From positions 1 to 64,000 of the forward strand of contig JAWCCZ010000006.1 in the NCBI GenBank assembly GCA_038861545.1: a stretch of 64,000 nucleotides of DNA, given 5' to 3'. This document shows, piece by piece, positions 40,101-49,667 of the stretch. Source of the DNA: Thermofilaceae archaeon (GTDB lineage: Archaea > Thermoproteota > Thermoprotei > Thermofilales > Thermofilaceae). The first letter of the stretch is position 1, and every line of letters begins with the position of its first letter. Both the position numbers and the translations under genes were made by a program. The notes beneath the pieces are model-generated. The model ran no database searches, was not told where the DNA came from, and saw only the letters and a list, made by a program, of their open reading frames with translations.

Positions 40101-41789
40101 ATGGGTATAGAGAATCTTAAGAAACGTCCACTGAGAACCGCATTAACGCTAACCACAATAACAATCACGGTTATGGCCCTCGTGCTCTTTACCACAGTTA
40201 ACGTGTCACTTTTCTTCTATAATAGGAATCTCGGCCCAGCTCCCTACACAGGAGTTTTGGTAAGGCGTCCATTCCAGCAGCTCTACATGCCTATGCATGA
40301 AATATATCTGAAAATATTACCAGGCATGCTAAGTAACAGTAACGCGTTATTTGAGGCACATCCTAGGGCATGGCTATACCCTGCTGGGCAGAGTTTATTC
40401 CTAACTTGGGGGCCCAACGGGTCGGGTATAAGGTGTATGTTGGCGTTAACGCCGGAAGAATCCAAGTCTCTTGAACGCGCTCTAGATGGTTATTACTTTA
40501 CTCCTGCTTCTACTTACTCGGTTATTATGACAAAATCGCTGGCCGAGAGGCTCAGCGCAATACTCGGCTATCCAGTCGGTCTAGGAAGTGAAATAAACAT
40601 TTACGGTATCAACATGACTGTAGTAGGGCTACTTGATAAACAGATAGCGTCTGCGGTTCTCGCCAGGGATTTAGATGGATCACCTATAACGCCGCCTGAT
40701 CCGATAGCCACTGGTTTAGCTGCTACTTACTCACCCTTGGATTTAGATACAGTGATTATTATCCCATATAGCTTCGCACTTCAGTACCTAAACGCTCAAC
40801 CGAACGTTATGAGAGTAAGTACAGAATCCCGAATCGACAAAGAATATATGCTGGCTAAAGCATACGAAATAGCCACGTTCCTACCCTTTGATATCTCGTA
40901 CGGCGTTAAGGATGATACAGCGCAACTTATAGCTAAAAGAGATATCTATGCTATGGGCGGCTTTGAGAACGTCGCAGTTCCCCTAGTTCTTTCGGCGTTA
41001 ACGATGCTTATAACGATGCTGGGCGCGGTATACGAAAGACGTAGGGAAATACACACACTTGCAACCGTTGGCGCAGCACCTGGGCACATAGATATCATAT
41101 TTGTTATGGAGGGAGCCACGCTAGCGTTCTTAGGTGCCTACCTCGGCTACATAGTGGGCGCTAGCGCATTATTCGCTGTGTGGAACCTGCGCGCTTTCCC
41201 ACCGGGCTTAGTGCCCAATGTCTCATCTGGAGTGGTAATTGTAGTTATAGGGGTTATAATGATTACCGTGATTCTCTCGACTCTCTATCCAGCATCTAGA
41301 GCTTCGAGGTTAGCTACTCCATCATTGTTAAGGTCTTGGGCTATTGAGACTAAGCCTAGAGCTGGTAGCTGGCAGGTGAGGATGCCGTTTATGGCTACAC
41401 GTGACGAAGCTATAGGGTTGCTCGTGTTTATCAGTGAGTACCTCGAAGCTTACAGCTCTGAACGGGAAAGGTCCAGGGTTTTCATGCTTTTATCTCCACC
41501 TCAGCTAGGGAAAGATGATAAAGGTTACACGTTGAGTGCAAGGCTTCACATGGCGCCTTTCGACGCAGGAATAATACAGGATATGAATATATTCGCTAGA
41601 ATCACCCAAGCGGATAGGTACCTGTTTGATGTCGTGCTAAGGAGGCAGCAGGGTCCTGAATCCTTATGGGTAACTACAAGTAGAGCTCTCATAGGCGAGC
41701 TTCGTAAGCAGTTCCTTGCTTGGAGGGCGTTGCCTCCAGCCGAAAAGGAAAAGTATGTCAAGAAGGGAGCGACCGCGGGACTGAGGTGA
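37167..41789 (+). CDS. Fusion of M28-peptidase-like/PA ectodomain and MacB/FtsX-like permease
   Basis: Signal peptide; SRVTGYDG, PA insert, ANIIATIEG, GAYYDS; later MGIENLKKRPLRTALT, extracellular core, YERRREI..VGA..FVMEG, YPASRAS FtsX motifs. Confidence 0.88.
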   Translation: MSIRKAPSLLLIFLLVVSTLTLPAYLVGAQPSSIPISELVGLVKLDEILQHTKYFSNLDSRVTGYDGFYQAAEYIKEYWSGLGFTVREEPFDVAIPIVKDASISVDVPGAGLVKYSAYPLWPNHVNPCPYVSPVSGDKLVYAGKGGLEDFDGVDVEGAFVLVEFNNRWYWKYAAMFKAKGVIFIEPDDTSVTEALQKVLSVPVNFPRLFVSKNVGAELKELLKKHSELKVWVNSEVEWERRRVANIIATIEGTNPDLKDEVAVVGAYYDSWSITPQLSPGATDAIGISFLLELSRLLKERPARRTVWLVAFAGHYQALAGAREFVDSHFGELGSKVKMMITLDLASDSDVVAAYAAGAMYGYNRPRDILPQYDSWMNSIVSLARNIENITGEPARLIDGVRWTWPPWAVSSPPFEPFLRYFEAEVFTKACYGGGLAFVTTNALRKYQWTFMDTFEKLRLENLRRQLIVLAPVIYHSLDMERIPYSLYPRRIGAVDHGLVSVTLQLGKYNKTTNMFDDYAHKDALIFVSVSPIMSGAAGILAVGFQPAAAVGSSQSITVQGATVGLFAASSPVSGTTVTAASINTPVGFTLILKPDETGRVELKSIMPLTAVDAQAYVVDSRTGEVLSATDTGPFGTGVFRLGGLFGAAGAIAAPLLSPMMGGLGYLAEAGAYARAFTVQVPRGHRYIPLFNCSSIVFIGFYDPLLLYGPQGLSFEPLSFISHSYLVWRDVLTTWPEAMAFVEPEVPVEVLIRSQGRVIAVLNNASEANPNGQGYTLPWGKTLVLTAVDAVLNTYRLAEYRGGFLESRMTSSPRMLLYLDTMRKYLVAAKSALDKGSKSIFVKYVLAAWQFVIGSYDSTISLLFDVSQTAVFFFFLSIAFALLASRFMGRMVSGKKQTLYTLVVLITANAAVAFVHPGYTISNNVWMLVSGVSVILFLALVLYTVSDEFNTAISELSTSILGFHRADVRRGSILPSAISMGIENLKKRPLRTALTLTTITITVMALVLFTTVNVSLFFYNRNLGPAPYTGVLVRRPFQQLYMPMHEIYLKILPGMLSNSNALFEAHPRAWLYPAGQSLFLTWGPNGSGIRCMLALTPEESKSLERALDGYYFTPASTYSVIMTKSLAERLSAILGYPVGLGSEINIYGINMTVVGLLDKQIASAVLARDLDGSPITPPDPIATGLAATYSPLDLDTVIIIPYSFALQYLNAQPNVMRVSTESRIDKEYMLAKAYEIATFLPFDISYGVKDDTAQLIAKRDIYAMGGFENVAVPLVLSALTMLITMLGAVYERRREIHTLATVGAAPGHIDIIFVMEGATLAFLGAYLGYIVGASALFAVWNLRAFPPGLVPNVSSGVVIVVIGVIMITVILSTLYPASRASRLATPSLLRSWAIETKPRAGSWQVRMPFMATRDEAIGLLVFISEYLEAYSSERERSRVFMLLSPPQLGKDDKGYTLSARLHMAPFDAGIIQDMNIFARITQADRYLFDVVLRRQQGPESLWVTTSRALIGELRKQFLAWRALPPAEKEKYVKKGATAGLR

Positions 41790-41795
41790 AATGGA

Positions 41796-43685
41796 ATGTC
41801 TTTAAGTATTAAGGAAGGCGGAAAGATGCTCTCCTGGCGTGTTATCCTAATATACTTGTTTATAGTAGTTGTTTTACACCCCGTTTTGATTTACAATTGG
41901 CTTACAAGCGGTCTCTGGGGCGTAGCAGGATTAAACGCTTGGGCAATTATACTGATCTTAGTCTGGTTAACAGCGAGAACTGGTTCGCCGTTAACGAAGG
42001 GCGAGATCTTTGCATTAAGGATGATAGACTCAGCAGGCTTGATGTACACTGGCTACTATTTCGCTTACATGCTTCGAAACATGTACTTCGCTAACTCCGA
42101 GATAGCTAAATTGTTTGGCCTCCAAGAGGAGGTTCCACCGTTCTTCGCACCTATCAAAGAGGACTTCATTCGAGTATCTATATTTAGAACGTTTTTCGAT
42201 AAAGCATGGCTTCAGCCGATATTCTCTACCATCATAATACCTTTTGCTCTAGTCGTAACTGCGAACTACATACTCGGGCTAATATCCTATAGCATCTACG
42301 TCAGGGAGGAGCGGCTAGCGTTTCCATGGGCATCGTGGGACGCTAGAATGATGATCGCGTTCGGAGAGCGAGAGCCGACTAGGATTCGAACAATCTCCTT
42401 GGCAATAATCGTCGGCGCGCTGTACGGTTTCATGACCAGCGGTTTATCGACTATCTTCAGATATCCGCTCGTCCCCCGTATGATGGTTGACTTCACGAGC
42501 TTGGTGGAAAATGTGATGCCTGGAGCAGCTTTCGCTTTCACAACGGACTTCATGAGCTACGTAGTCGGTTTTATTCTTCCGGTCAGGTATACTGTTCTTC
42601 AACTCGCTGCCTCCGCAGCAATATCGGTGCTCGGTAACTACTATGTAACAATTAACGATTTATGGCCAGCTGAGGCTAAATGGCAACCGGGTAGAGGTAT
42701 ACTCTGGAACTTTAACATGTCAACCGTTTACTTCTGGAACAGCTTTACGCTGGGCTGGGGTCTCGCAGCAGCTCTGCTCCCATTAATAATCAGATATAAA
42801 GTAGTAGCCCGTGCATTCTCTGGTATCACTAAAGGACTTTCGGGTAGTACCGGTATCAAGTGGCTGGACTCTAAGTACCTTCTAGCCTCTTACTTGCTGA
42901 TAACATTGCTGTCAATAGCATTTGTGGAGTCGCTGGCACCAGGTTTTCCAATACATATACTCCTCCTATTCACTGTGGGAATTTCGCTACTTATCACTCT
43001 GCTACAGACACATGCAGCCGGTATTCTAACGACAGTGAATATTCCCTATCTTCGTGAAGCTTTAATATACTTCAGCGGTTATAGGGCATTAAGTATCTGG
43101 TTTGTCTCCTCCGATGCAATGCTATTCACAGGAGGCTCGGGAGTTGCGCAGCAACTATTACAAGCTACAATGGTTGGAGTAGATGTAAGAGAGTACACTA
43201 AGGCTTACTTCATGCTGTCGCTCTTGGGGCTGGTAGGTAGCTTCGCCTTCGTCTCGCTTTTCTGGTATCTCTTCCCCATACCCGGACATGCTTATCCGTA
43301 TACTCTATCAGGATGGCCAGTTGAATCGATGAACTTCTGGCGCTGGCAGTCCTGGCTTTGGACAGGTTACCTTTTCCGGAGAAACTGGATGATAATGGGC
43401 TTCGGGCTCTCAACGGCAATGTACTTTATCTCTGACTTCCTATTGCATGATTTCTCTCTGCCTGTAGCGTTCATGAGCGGCATGCTGCTACCAATACATA
43501 CGGCTTTAGCATACTTTGCTGGTTCACTAATCTCGAATTTCATAGCAAAGTATGCAGGGGAGCAATGGTGGAATGAGAATAGAGGGTACATAGCTATGGG
43601 TTTATGGCTCGGTGATAGTATAGTCTCGGCTTTCCTAATGTTAATGCAGCTGCTCAGTAGGTCCATCTGGTTACTGCCGTATTAA
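41796..43685 (+). CDS. OPT-superfamily-like polytopic membrane protein
   Basis: 629 aa, many TM helices; YVREERLAFP, FPIPGHAYP, IAMGLWLG; 6 bp after the fusion gene. Confidence 0.8.
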   Translation: MSLSIKEGGKMLSWRVILIYLFIVVVLHPVLIYNWLTSGLWGVAGLNAWAIILILVWLTARTGSPLTKGEIFALRMIDSAGLMYTGYYFAYMLRNMYFANSEIAKLFGLQEEVPPFFAPIKEDFIRVSIFRTFFDKAWLQPIFSTIIIPFALVVTANYILGLISYSIYVREERLAFPWASWDARMMIAFGEREPTRIRTISLAIIVGALYGFMTSGLSTIFRYPLVPRMMVDFTSLVENVMPGAAFAFTTDFMSYVVGFILPVRYTVLQLAASAAISVLGNYYVTINDLWPAEAKWQPGRGILWNFNMSTVYFWNSFTLGWGLAAALLPLIIRYKVVARAFSGITKGLSGSTGIKWLDSKYLLASYLLITLLSIAFVESLAPGFPIHILLLFTVGISLLITLLQTHAAGILTTVNIPYLREALIYFSGYRALSIWFVSSDAMLFTGGSGVAQQLLQATMVGVDVREYTKAYFMLSLLGLVGSFAFVSLFWYLFPIPGHAYPYTLSGWPVESMNFWRWQSWLWTGYLFRRNWMIMGFGLSTAMYFISDFLLHDFSLPVAFMSGMLLPIHTALAYFAGSLISNFIAKYAGEQWWNENRGYIAMGLWLGDSIVSAFLMLMQLLSRSIWLLPY

Positions 43686-43712
43686 AGAGCTCACCTTCAA
43701 CTATTTTTCAAA

Positions 43713-44522
43713 TTATTCTGAAGAACGTTTAGCTACTGCTAACGTGGAACCAGTTACTAAAAGTGCTACTCCAGTAACTGAAAACATGGACACGATTAGC
43801 GATTTAACGATCTCCCTCCTATCGGGTCGCAGGGCTCCAACAAAGAACAAAGCTACTTCTTGTGAGAGAGTCGTTAATACTGCAACTCCTATAGTTACAC
43901 ATCCGACTAGTAGAAGAACAGCTACCAGTTCAGACTTAGGCGTAACTCCCTCAAGACATTCCTTGATTATATCCTGAGGTACAAGATTGGGAATAGACTT
44001 GGCTAAAGCCTTTAAAACTGGTGGAACAACAAGTAACTGGAAGGGTAGCATAGTCGAGAACCACCAGATGGTTAACCCAACGCTAAGCCCAGGTAAAAGC
44101 TCAATCGGCACGACACCTATAGTTGCTTGGTATAGAATGTAGAGAACCGCACATAAGGCGTTCCCGACACCTAGCGCTAACGTCGACGCTGCTATGAATC
44201 TCGGCCATCGAAACCTTCCCTGAAGCAATTTTCCGAATAGGTAAAAGGCTAAGAAGTTTGAAGGTACTGCAGCCACTAAGCTCGGAATGTATAATGTAGC
44301 ATGCTTTATTGAATCCGCGATCAACGTACCAATGGCTGCGCTCAACCCTCCGACAACCGGCCCTAAAAGCAATGCAAAAATGCTTGGAATAATTACCGCT
44401 GGCCTAAATTGACCCAAACCCCAAGGGCTCTGGATATAGGCTGTTGCGTATGAGCCCACGAAGTACAGAGCAGCTCCTAGGCTCGTAAACGCGACGAGTT
44501 TTGAAGGGGTTCGCGTTTTCAC
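43713..44522 (-). CDS. ECF S-component-like membrane protein
   Basis: QFRPAVIIP..LLGPVVGGLSAAIGTLIAD S-component pattern; extra C-terminal TMs. Confidence 0.65.
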   Translation of the reverse strand: MKTRTPSKLVAFTSLGAALYFVGSYATAYIQSPWGLGQFRPAVIIPSIFALLLGPVVGGLSAAIGTLIADSIKHATLYIPSLVAAVPSNFLAFYLFGKLLQGRFRWPRFIAASTLALGVGNALCAVLYILYQATIGVVPIELLPGLSVGLTIWWFSTMLPFQLLVVPPVLKALAKSIPNLVPQDIIKECLEGVTPKSELVAVLLLVGCVTIGVAVLTTLSQEVALFFVGALRPDRREIVKSLIVSMFSVTGVALLVTGSTLAVAKRSSE

Positions 44523-44595
44523 GAAATAGCCTGCTAAAAATCGCTTTTAACACTGCTGTTTAATCATTTAAACAGTTAAAACTAAAAAGGGTTAT

Positions 44596-45345
44596 CTAAG
44601 CTTGAAGTGTACAAAGGGCTTTTAAAACACCTTTAGCGGCTTTTAGTTCGAGTTCCTTTCTTTTTTCCGCTCCTGCTTCCATGAACTCGCCGGTTGCAAG
44701 ATTATCTATAACGATTAACGCTGCTCCCACCTTTAACCCTTTTAGCCTAGCTACTGTAAATATTGTGGCACACTCCATTTCAACCGCTAAAGCCCCCATC
44801 CCACTCCATAAAGGTAGATTAGCTTCCTCGGCGTGGAAGGCATCGCTGGACGCTACAATTCCTCTGTGCACATTTAACTTCTCCTCTTTAAGAGCTCTTT
44901 CAAGTTCTAGCACCACCTCTGGGTCCGCCACTGCAGGGTAGAAGACGCCTGGGGCATACATCGCCACTGTGCCCCCCGGGTTATGCATAGCGCCGAGCGC
45001 TACCACGGTATCACCTAGGTTCACCTCACTTGTAAGACCTCCGCATGTTCCAAGCCTAACGATTAGCTTCGCGCCTAGCATTTTGAGTTCCTCGACGACG
45101 ATTGCAGCTGACGGCCCACCAATACCGTGCGTAGCTACAGTAATCAAGTTATCTTTGAAGAAACCGGTATATGTGTTAAAACCCCTATGAAGATTCACTG
45201 CACTAGCGTTACTCAACAATTCCCGAGCTATCAGGTCCGCGCGCCCTGGGTCGCCAACCACTAAAACTTTTTCTGAAATTTCCCCTGGTTTAGCCAGTAT
45301 ATGGTATGGTTTCTTCGCAAGTATGTGCTTAGACTGTTTCAGCAT
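44596..45345 (-). CDS. Nucleoside phosphorylase (PNP/UDP family)
   Basis: GDPGRA, HGIGGPS, RLGTCG, SSDAF, VEMECA. Confidence 0.93.
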   Translation of the reverse strand: MLKQSKHILAKKPYHILAKPGEISEKVLVVGDPGRADLIARELLSNASAVNLHRGFNTYTGFFKDNLITVATHGIGGPSAAIVVEELKMLGAKLIVRLGTCGGLTSEVNLGDTVVALGAMHNPGGTVAMYAPGVFYPAVADPEVVLELERALKEEKLNVHRGIVASSDAFHAEEANLPLWSGMGALAVEMECATIFTVARLKGLKVGAALIVIDNLATGEFMEAGAEKRKELELKAAKGVLKALCTLQA

Positions 45346-45432
45346 AGTTTTCCTACTAAAACTAATTTTTAGCGTTTTCCTCGGTTAGTAGAAGTGTACT
45401 GCCTGAGGTATAGAATTATCCGAGCAATTGAC

Positions 45433-46275
45433 TTAGAGTTTTGCTAGAAGGTTTTCTAGAAACATATACGAGGTTGTTACTTCTCTATCCAGATCGCTGC
45501 ACTCAAGTTCTCTGCTGAATCCCTCTGTAACCAAGTAACCCTCGTAGTGTATACGTTTGAGTTTTCTAAGTATAGTGGAAATGTCAACCCCTATGCTCTT
45601 ATTCCAGTATTCGTTTGCAGGATCGACTAGATGCACAAGTTTAATCCAATCCCTACAAGCATCTATATGCTCTTCTAATGACTCGCGATTTGGTCTCGCA
45701 TGGACGTTACTGACTTCAAGGCATAAACCCACGCTATCAGATCCCACGGTCTCTAAAAAGTTCAAGATACTTTCCGAGGAAGTGAAGAAAATATTGACGA
45801 ACTCAATGGCTAATTGGACTCCGCTTTCTTCGGCTAAGCGAGCGCTTTTACTGACAAGTTCTAAGGTCCAGCGATAGGCTTTTTCGCTAGGGACGCCGAA
45901 CACGGGTAATGGGCTAATTCCATACATTACAGTGTCCCCCTCAAGGTAATGAGCTAGATGAATAGCATTTTTCAAGCGTTTAAACGCAAGCACCCTATCT
46001 GCTTCAGTGGGTAAAAGCTCTAAGCCGGGAGCGAACGTGGGGATCGTTATTCCTGAAGCTTTCAGGTTTAAGTGTTCTAAAAGCTCTTTAAGCTGTTTCT
46101 TTTCTCTCTCCGACATAGCTGAAGGCCAGAACTCTAACGGATACTCGCATAGGTCAACAGCTCTGTAATAGTTTTTCACTATCCTCTTCAGGATTTCGAC
46201 CAGCGTGAAGTTAAAGGTTCTTCCAGGCCATTCATAGCATTTCCAGAAAACCCTAGTCATTATGGAAATTTTCAT
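45433..46275 (-). CDS. Divergent sugar phosphate isomerase/epimerase (xylose-isomerase-like TIM barrel)
   Basis: LAIEFVN, LCLEVSN, VHLVD, YEGYLVTE; ATGA-coupled to the oxidoreductase. Confidence 0.8.
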   Translation of the reverse strand: MKISIMTRVFWKCYEWPGRTFNFTLVEILKRIVKNYYRAVDLCEYPLEFWPSAMSEREKKQLKELLEHLNLKASGITIPTFAPGLELLPTEADRVLAFKRLKNAIHLAHYLEGDTVMYGISPLPVFGVPSEKAYRWTLELVSKSARLAEESGVQLAIEFVNIFFTSSESILNFLETVGSDSVGLCLEVSNVHARPNRESLEEHIDACRDWIKLVHLVDPANEYWNKSIGVDISTILRKLKRIHYEGYLVTEGFSRELECSDLDREVTTSYMFLENLLAKL

Positions 46276-47360
46276 CCATCCACCTCAGTCAGCTTGAACA
46301 GTGGATTGTAATCAATCTTCAGCGGCAGGGTTACAGTTTCTCTTAAACGGGCTGATTCAAAGATAGCCATTAAAACTTCTAAAGTTTTACGAGCTTGAAA
46401 CCCGCTAGATAATGGCTGTCTGTCTTCTTCAACGCTTTTCACCAAATCTTTTATAATTTCAACGAAGGGGTCACTTTGAGGTATTAACGGAGTTTCCCAT
46501 TTATCCATGCCTTTCCCCCAGTACCTAAGCCTCGGTTCATTCCATTCTCCTACCTCCAGTGTTCCATTGCTACCAGCCACGTAAAAGGAGCAATATGGGA
46601 TTCCCCGGTTCCACCAGTTTATTCTCTTAGCTCTGCCAAGATTCTTGAACACACTTTCGCTACTAAAACCGAACTGGCCTAGGGGGACTTGAGTACCTGT
46701 TATTTGCGAAGTCTCGACGAATACTTTGACACCATTGCTAAGTTTAAGGTAGCCGATAGCGGCATCTTCAACTAGGTGCCCATACCTCCTACGTTTCTCA
46801 TAGAGGTCAACTTGTCCTATAACCCACTCGGCATTCGAGTCACCGGCCAGGAAAAACGCGAGGTCCACTAGATGCGTCCCGTCGCTCAACATGTCGCCCA
46901 CGGCTGCTCCATGAATAAAAGTCACTTCTCCGATGACGCCTGAAGCCAGCAATTTTCTAGCTAAAATATATTCACCTGAGTAACGTCTGATGTGAGCTAC
47001 GGCAAGCTTCGACCTAGCCCTTTCACAGGCACTAATCATAGTATCTGCATCTTTAAGTGTAAGGGCTATAGGCTTCTCGCATAAAATTCCATTTACTCCA
47101 GACTCGGCTGCTGCAACGGTTATTTCACAGTGCAAGGATGGCCATGTGCAGACGCTTACCAGATCGAGATCTTCTTTTTTAAGCATCTCCATGTAATCTG
47201 TATATGTTCGCTCAACACGATACGTTTCCTTAAATTTATAGAGCTTAGTTACATCAATATCGCATGAAGCTGTTATCTTCATACCTAACTCAAGGTAAGC
47301 TCTAGCGTGGGCTGCAGCAATGTTTCCCGTTCCGATGATCCCTACATGATACTCATACAT
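46272..47360 (-). CDS. Gfo/Idh/MocA oxidoreductase
   Basis: IIGTGNIA, CEKP, SDGTHLVD. Confidence 0.92.
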   Translation of the reverse strand: MYEYHVGIIGTGNIAAAHARAYLELGMKITASCDIDVTKLYKFKETYRVERTYTDYMEMLKKEDLDLVSVCTWPSLHCEITVAAAESGVNGILCEKPIALTLKDADTMISACERARSKLAVAHIRRYSGEYILARKLLASGVIGEVTFIHGAAVGDMLSDGTHLVDLAFFLAGDSNAEWVIGQVDLYEKRRRYGHLVEDAAIGYLKLSNGVKVFVETSQITGTQVPLGQFGFSSESVFKNLGRAKRINWWNRGIPYCSFYVAGSNGTLEVGEWNEPRLRYWGKGMDKWETPLIPQSDPFVEIIKDLVKSVEEDRQPLSSGFQARKTLEVLMAIFESARLRETVTLPLKIDYNPLFKLTEVDG

Positions 47361-47515
47361 GCAACCTGCATAGAAACGCTAATATTTAATGCTACTTTAG
47401 TCCACAAAACATTCTCCGAAGATCTTGAAATTGGATAGACCTTTTACTCCACATAGAACATGGGTCGATTAATTTAAGTAAAACTTAAAATGACAGTGAG
47501 ACGCACTTTTCCTCC

Positions 47516-48592
47516 GTGAGGCTTAAGTCACTGTTTACATCGCTTGCTTTATTTGCGTCTCTGCTCACCGTTTCTGCACAACCTGTTAAATGGGTAACCT
47601 ATGGGGAAGCACTTAACTTAGCTGTTAAAGAGTGGAAGCCTATATACATTTACTTTTTCTCTGATAGATGTCCTTACTGCAGTATGATGGAGGATACTTT
47701 TTCTAATCAAAGTGTGATGAAGGTATTAAGCACGGGTTTTGTAGCTGTGCGGGTAAACATTGCAGAGCAGCCTGACTTAGCTTCAACATACGGTATTCCT
47801 GGAACTCCTTCCCATGTATTCCTTTATCCCAACGGTAGCTTAATTGGGGGAGTCGCTGGCTATAGAGATCCCGAGAGTTTTCTCGCAATACTTCATAAGG
47901 TTTTGAGCATAATTGGGCCGGCTAGCAGCAGTAGTGAAGCCAGAAGTTCTCCTTCACATGATTCAGAAATGTTAAGCGCGTTTGCATCTTTCACTTTAGG
48001 GTTAATTACACCTCTTACTCCATGCATACTTCCGATGCTACCAGTAGTGCATTTAATATCATCGAAAAGCGGGCGAAAAGGAATACTTCTTTTCTCACTG
48101 GGTTTTATGTTCACCTACAGCATCCTAGGTATAATAGCCAGCGGTTTTCTTTTATTTATTAGAAACACGATTGAACCAGCTGTTCACTTTCTCTTACTCT
48201 TATCCGGTTTAGTTTTAACTGTGAACCAGGCAAATAAGCTGTTTTCAGCTTTACTAGGTTTTTTAACAAATAGGCTTGCAGGAATAGTGCGTAGCAGGAG
48301 CACTTTAATCCTAGGCGGGTTAAGTGTATTTCTTTGGGGGCCATGTTTAGCCCCTATGGCTGGGGCTGCTCTCGCCACCGCGGTTATCGTAGCCAGTCCT
48401 GTTTTCGTTTACCTGTCTACGGTGCTTTTCGCCCTCGGTTTCTCTACTATGCTGTATATTTTATTGATTGCAATGAAGAAAGCTCGAGGCTTAGCTACTA
48501 AGCGGCGGGCTTTAAAGAGCTTCGAGAAACTGTTAGGTTCCATTATGGTATTTTCAGCTCTTCTCTACTTTAGCGGTCTAATTAAGTTTTAA
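47516..48592 (+). CDS. Exported thioredoxin fused to CcdA/DsbD-type membrane domain
   Basis: Signal peptide, CPYC, GTP; TPCILPMLP and WGPCLAP membrane cysteines. Confidence 0.88.
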   Translation: MRLKSLFTSLALFASLLTVSAQPVKWVTYGEALNLAVKEWKPIYIYFFSDRCPYCSMMEDTFSNQSVMKVLSTGFVAVRVNIAEQPDLASTYGIPGTPSHVFLYPNGSLIGGVAGYRDPESFLAILHKVLSIIGPASSSSEARSSPSHDSEMLSAFASFTLGLITPLTPCILPMLPVVHLISSKSGRKGILLFSLGFMFTYSILGIIASGFLLFIRNTIEPAVHFLLLLSGLVLTVNQANKLFSALLGFLTNRLAGIVRSRSTLILGGLSVFLWGPCLAPMAGAALATAVIVASPVFVYLSTVLFALGFSTMLYILLIAMKKARGLATKRRALKSFEKLLGSIMVFSALLYFSGLIKF

Positions 48593-48673
48593 CCTTAAAT
48601 AATTCACCATGATACTTAACCGAACTATCCGGTACTAGAAGGGTTTATTTTCCAGTTTCTCTTAATTTAGTTT

Positions 48674-49213
48674 ATGAGGGAAGTTAAAACATTCTACCTC
48701 TTGCTTCATCCTAGGCCAGCTTACATTATAGGAAGCGGGAGATTCGGCGAGCGCGTAAACGTTATGGCTGCCTCGTGGGTTGTTCCGGCAGCTGAAGAGC
48801 CCCCATTAGTGGTCATATCGATAGGTGTTGACAGTCTTACTCACAAGTTAATCGAAACCTTCGGCGAGTTCACGGTGAATATAGTATCCATGGAGATGCT
48901 GGGTCAGCTGTATTATGTTGGAAGGATAAGTGGACATAAGGAGGATAAAACTAAGCTTGTGAAAGTGGTTAAAGGGGAAAAGGTTTCAGCGCCGGTTGTA
49001 GATGGAGCCGTAGGCATAATTGAGTGTAAAGTGTATAGCAAAGCGAAAGCTGAAGATGTGACAATTTTTATCGGAGAAGTTCTGACTGCAAGGGCTGATG
49101 AGAGGTTTTTCGATGATCGGAAAGGTTGGGATTTCAAAGAGATTGATCTTCCTCTGCATAACTGGGGTCGCGGTTTTTACGGAGTAGGTGCATTCAGAAT
49201 GGCTAAAAGCTAG
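48674..49213 (+). CDS. Flavin reductase-like FMN-binding protein
   Basis: LLHPRP, NVMAASW, GEFTVN, GRISG, IFIGEV. Confidence 0.88.
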   Translation: MREVKTFYLLLHPRPAYIIGSGRFGERVNVMAASWVVPAAEEPPLVVISIGVDSLTHKLIETFGEFTVNIVSMEMLGQLYYVGRISGHKEDKTKLVKVVKGEKVSAPVVDGAVGIIECKVYSKAKAEDVTIFIGEVLTARADERFFDDRKGWDFKEIDLPLHNWGRGFYGVGAFRMAKS

Positions 49214-49295
49214 GTAAATATTTTCTAACAATTTAAATGAATGTTTATTCCACCTTTTTACACTAAACCAATCAGTTCCTATTAGTGCTGGGTTA

Positions 49296-49538
49296 TTAGT
49301 CTTCCTCTTCTTCCTCTTCCTCGTAAAATTCTAATCTTTCCCGGGTTGCCTCTTCCTCCTCTGGATGCTTACGTAGGTGTTCTATTAAGGATGCTTTACT
49401 TTCGAATTTCTTCCAACACTTCGGACAAACTAGGTAGTAGGGACCTCCCGGCGTATGCCAGGAAGCTATATGAGCTTGCATGTCTTCTTCGTAATAGAAT
49501 AGAGCTCCACATTCAGGACATTCCCTCAATCCACTCAT
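49296..49538 (-). CDS. Tandem C2H2 zinc-finger protein with acidic tail
   Basis: CPEC..F..H...H and CPKC..F..L..H...H; EEEEEEED terminus. Confidence 0.8.
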   Translation of the reverse strand: MSGLRECPECGALFYYEEDMQAHIASWHTPGGPYYLVCPKCWKKFESKASLIEHLRKHPEEEEATRERLEFYEEEEEEED

Positions 49539-49667
49539 AAGCCCTTAATCATATTACCTTTATACAGGCTTCGGTTGCATTTAATACAAATCTGCCTGTA
49601 TCTCAAACTAGCTAGTTTTAACTTGAATTCATAAATGGCGAGTAAATTATTTTTAAAATACGGGATT

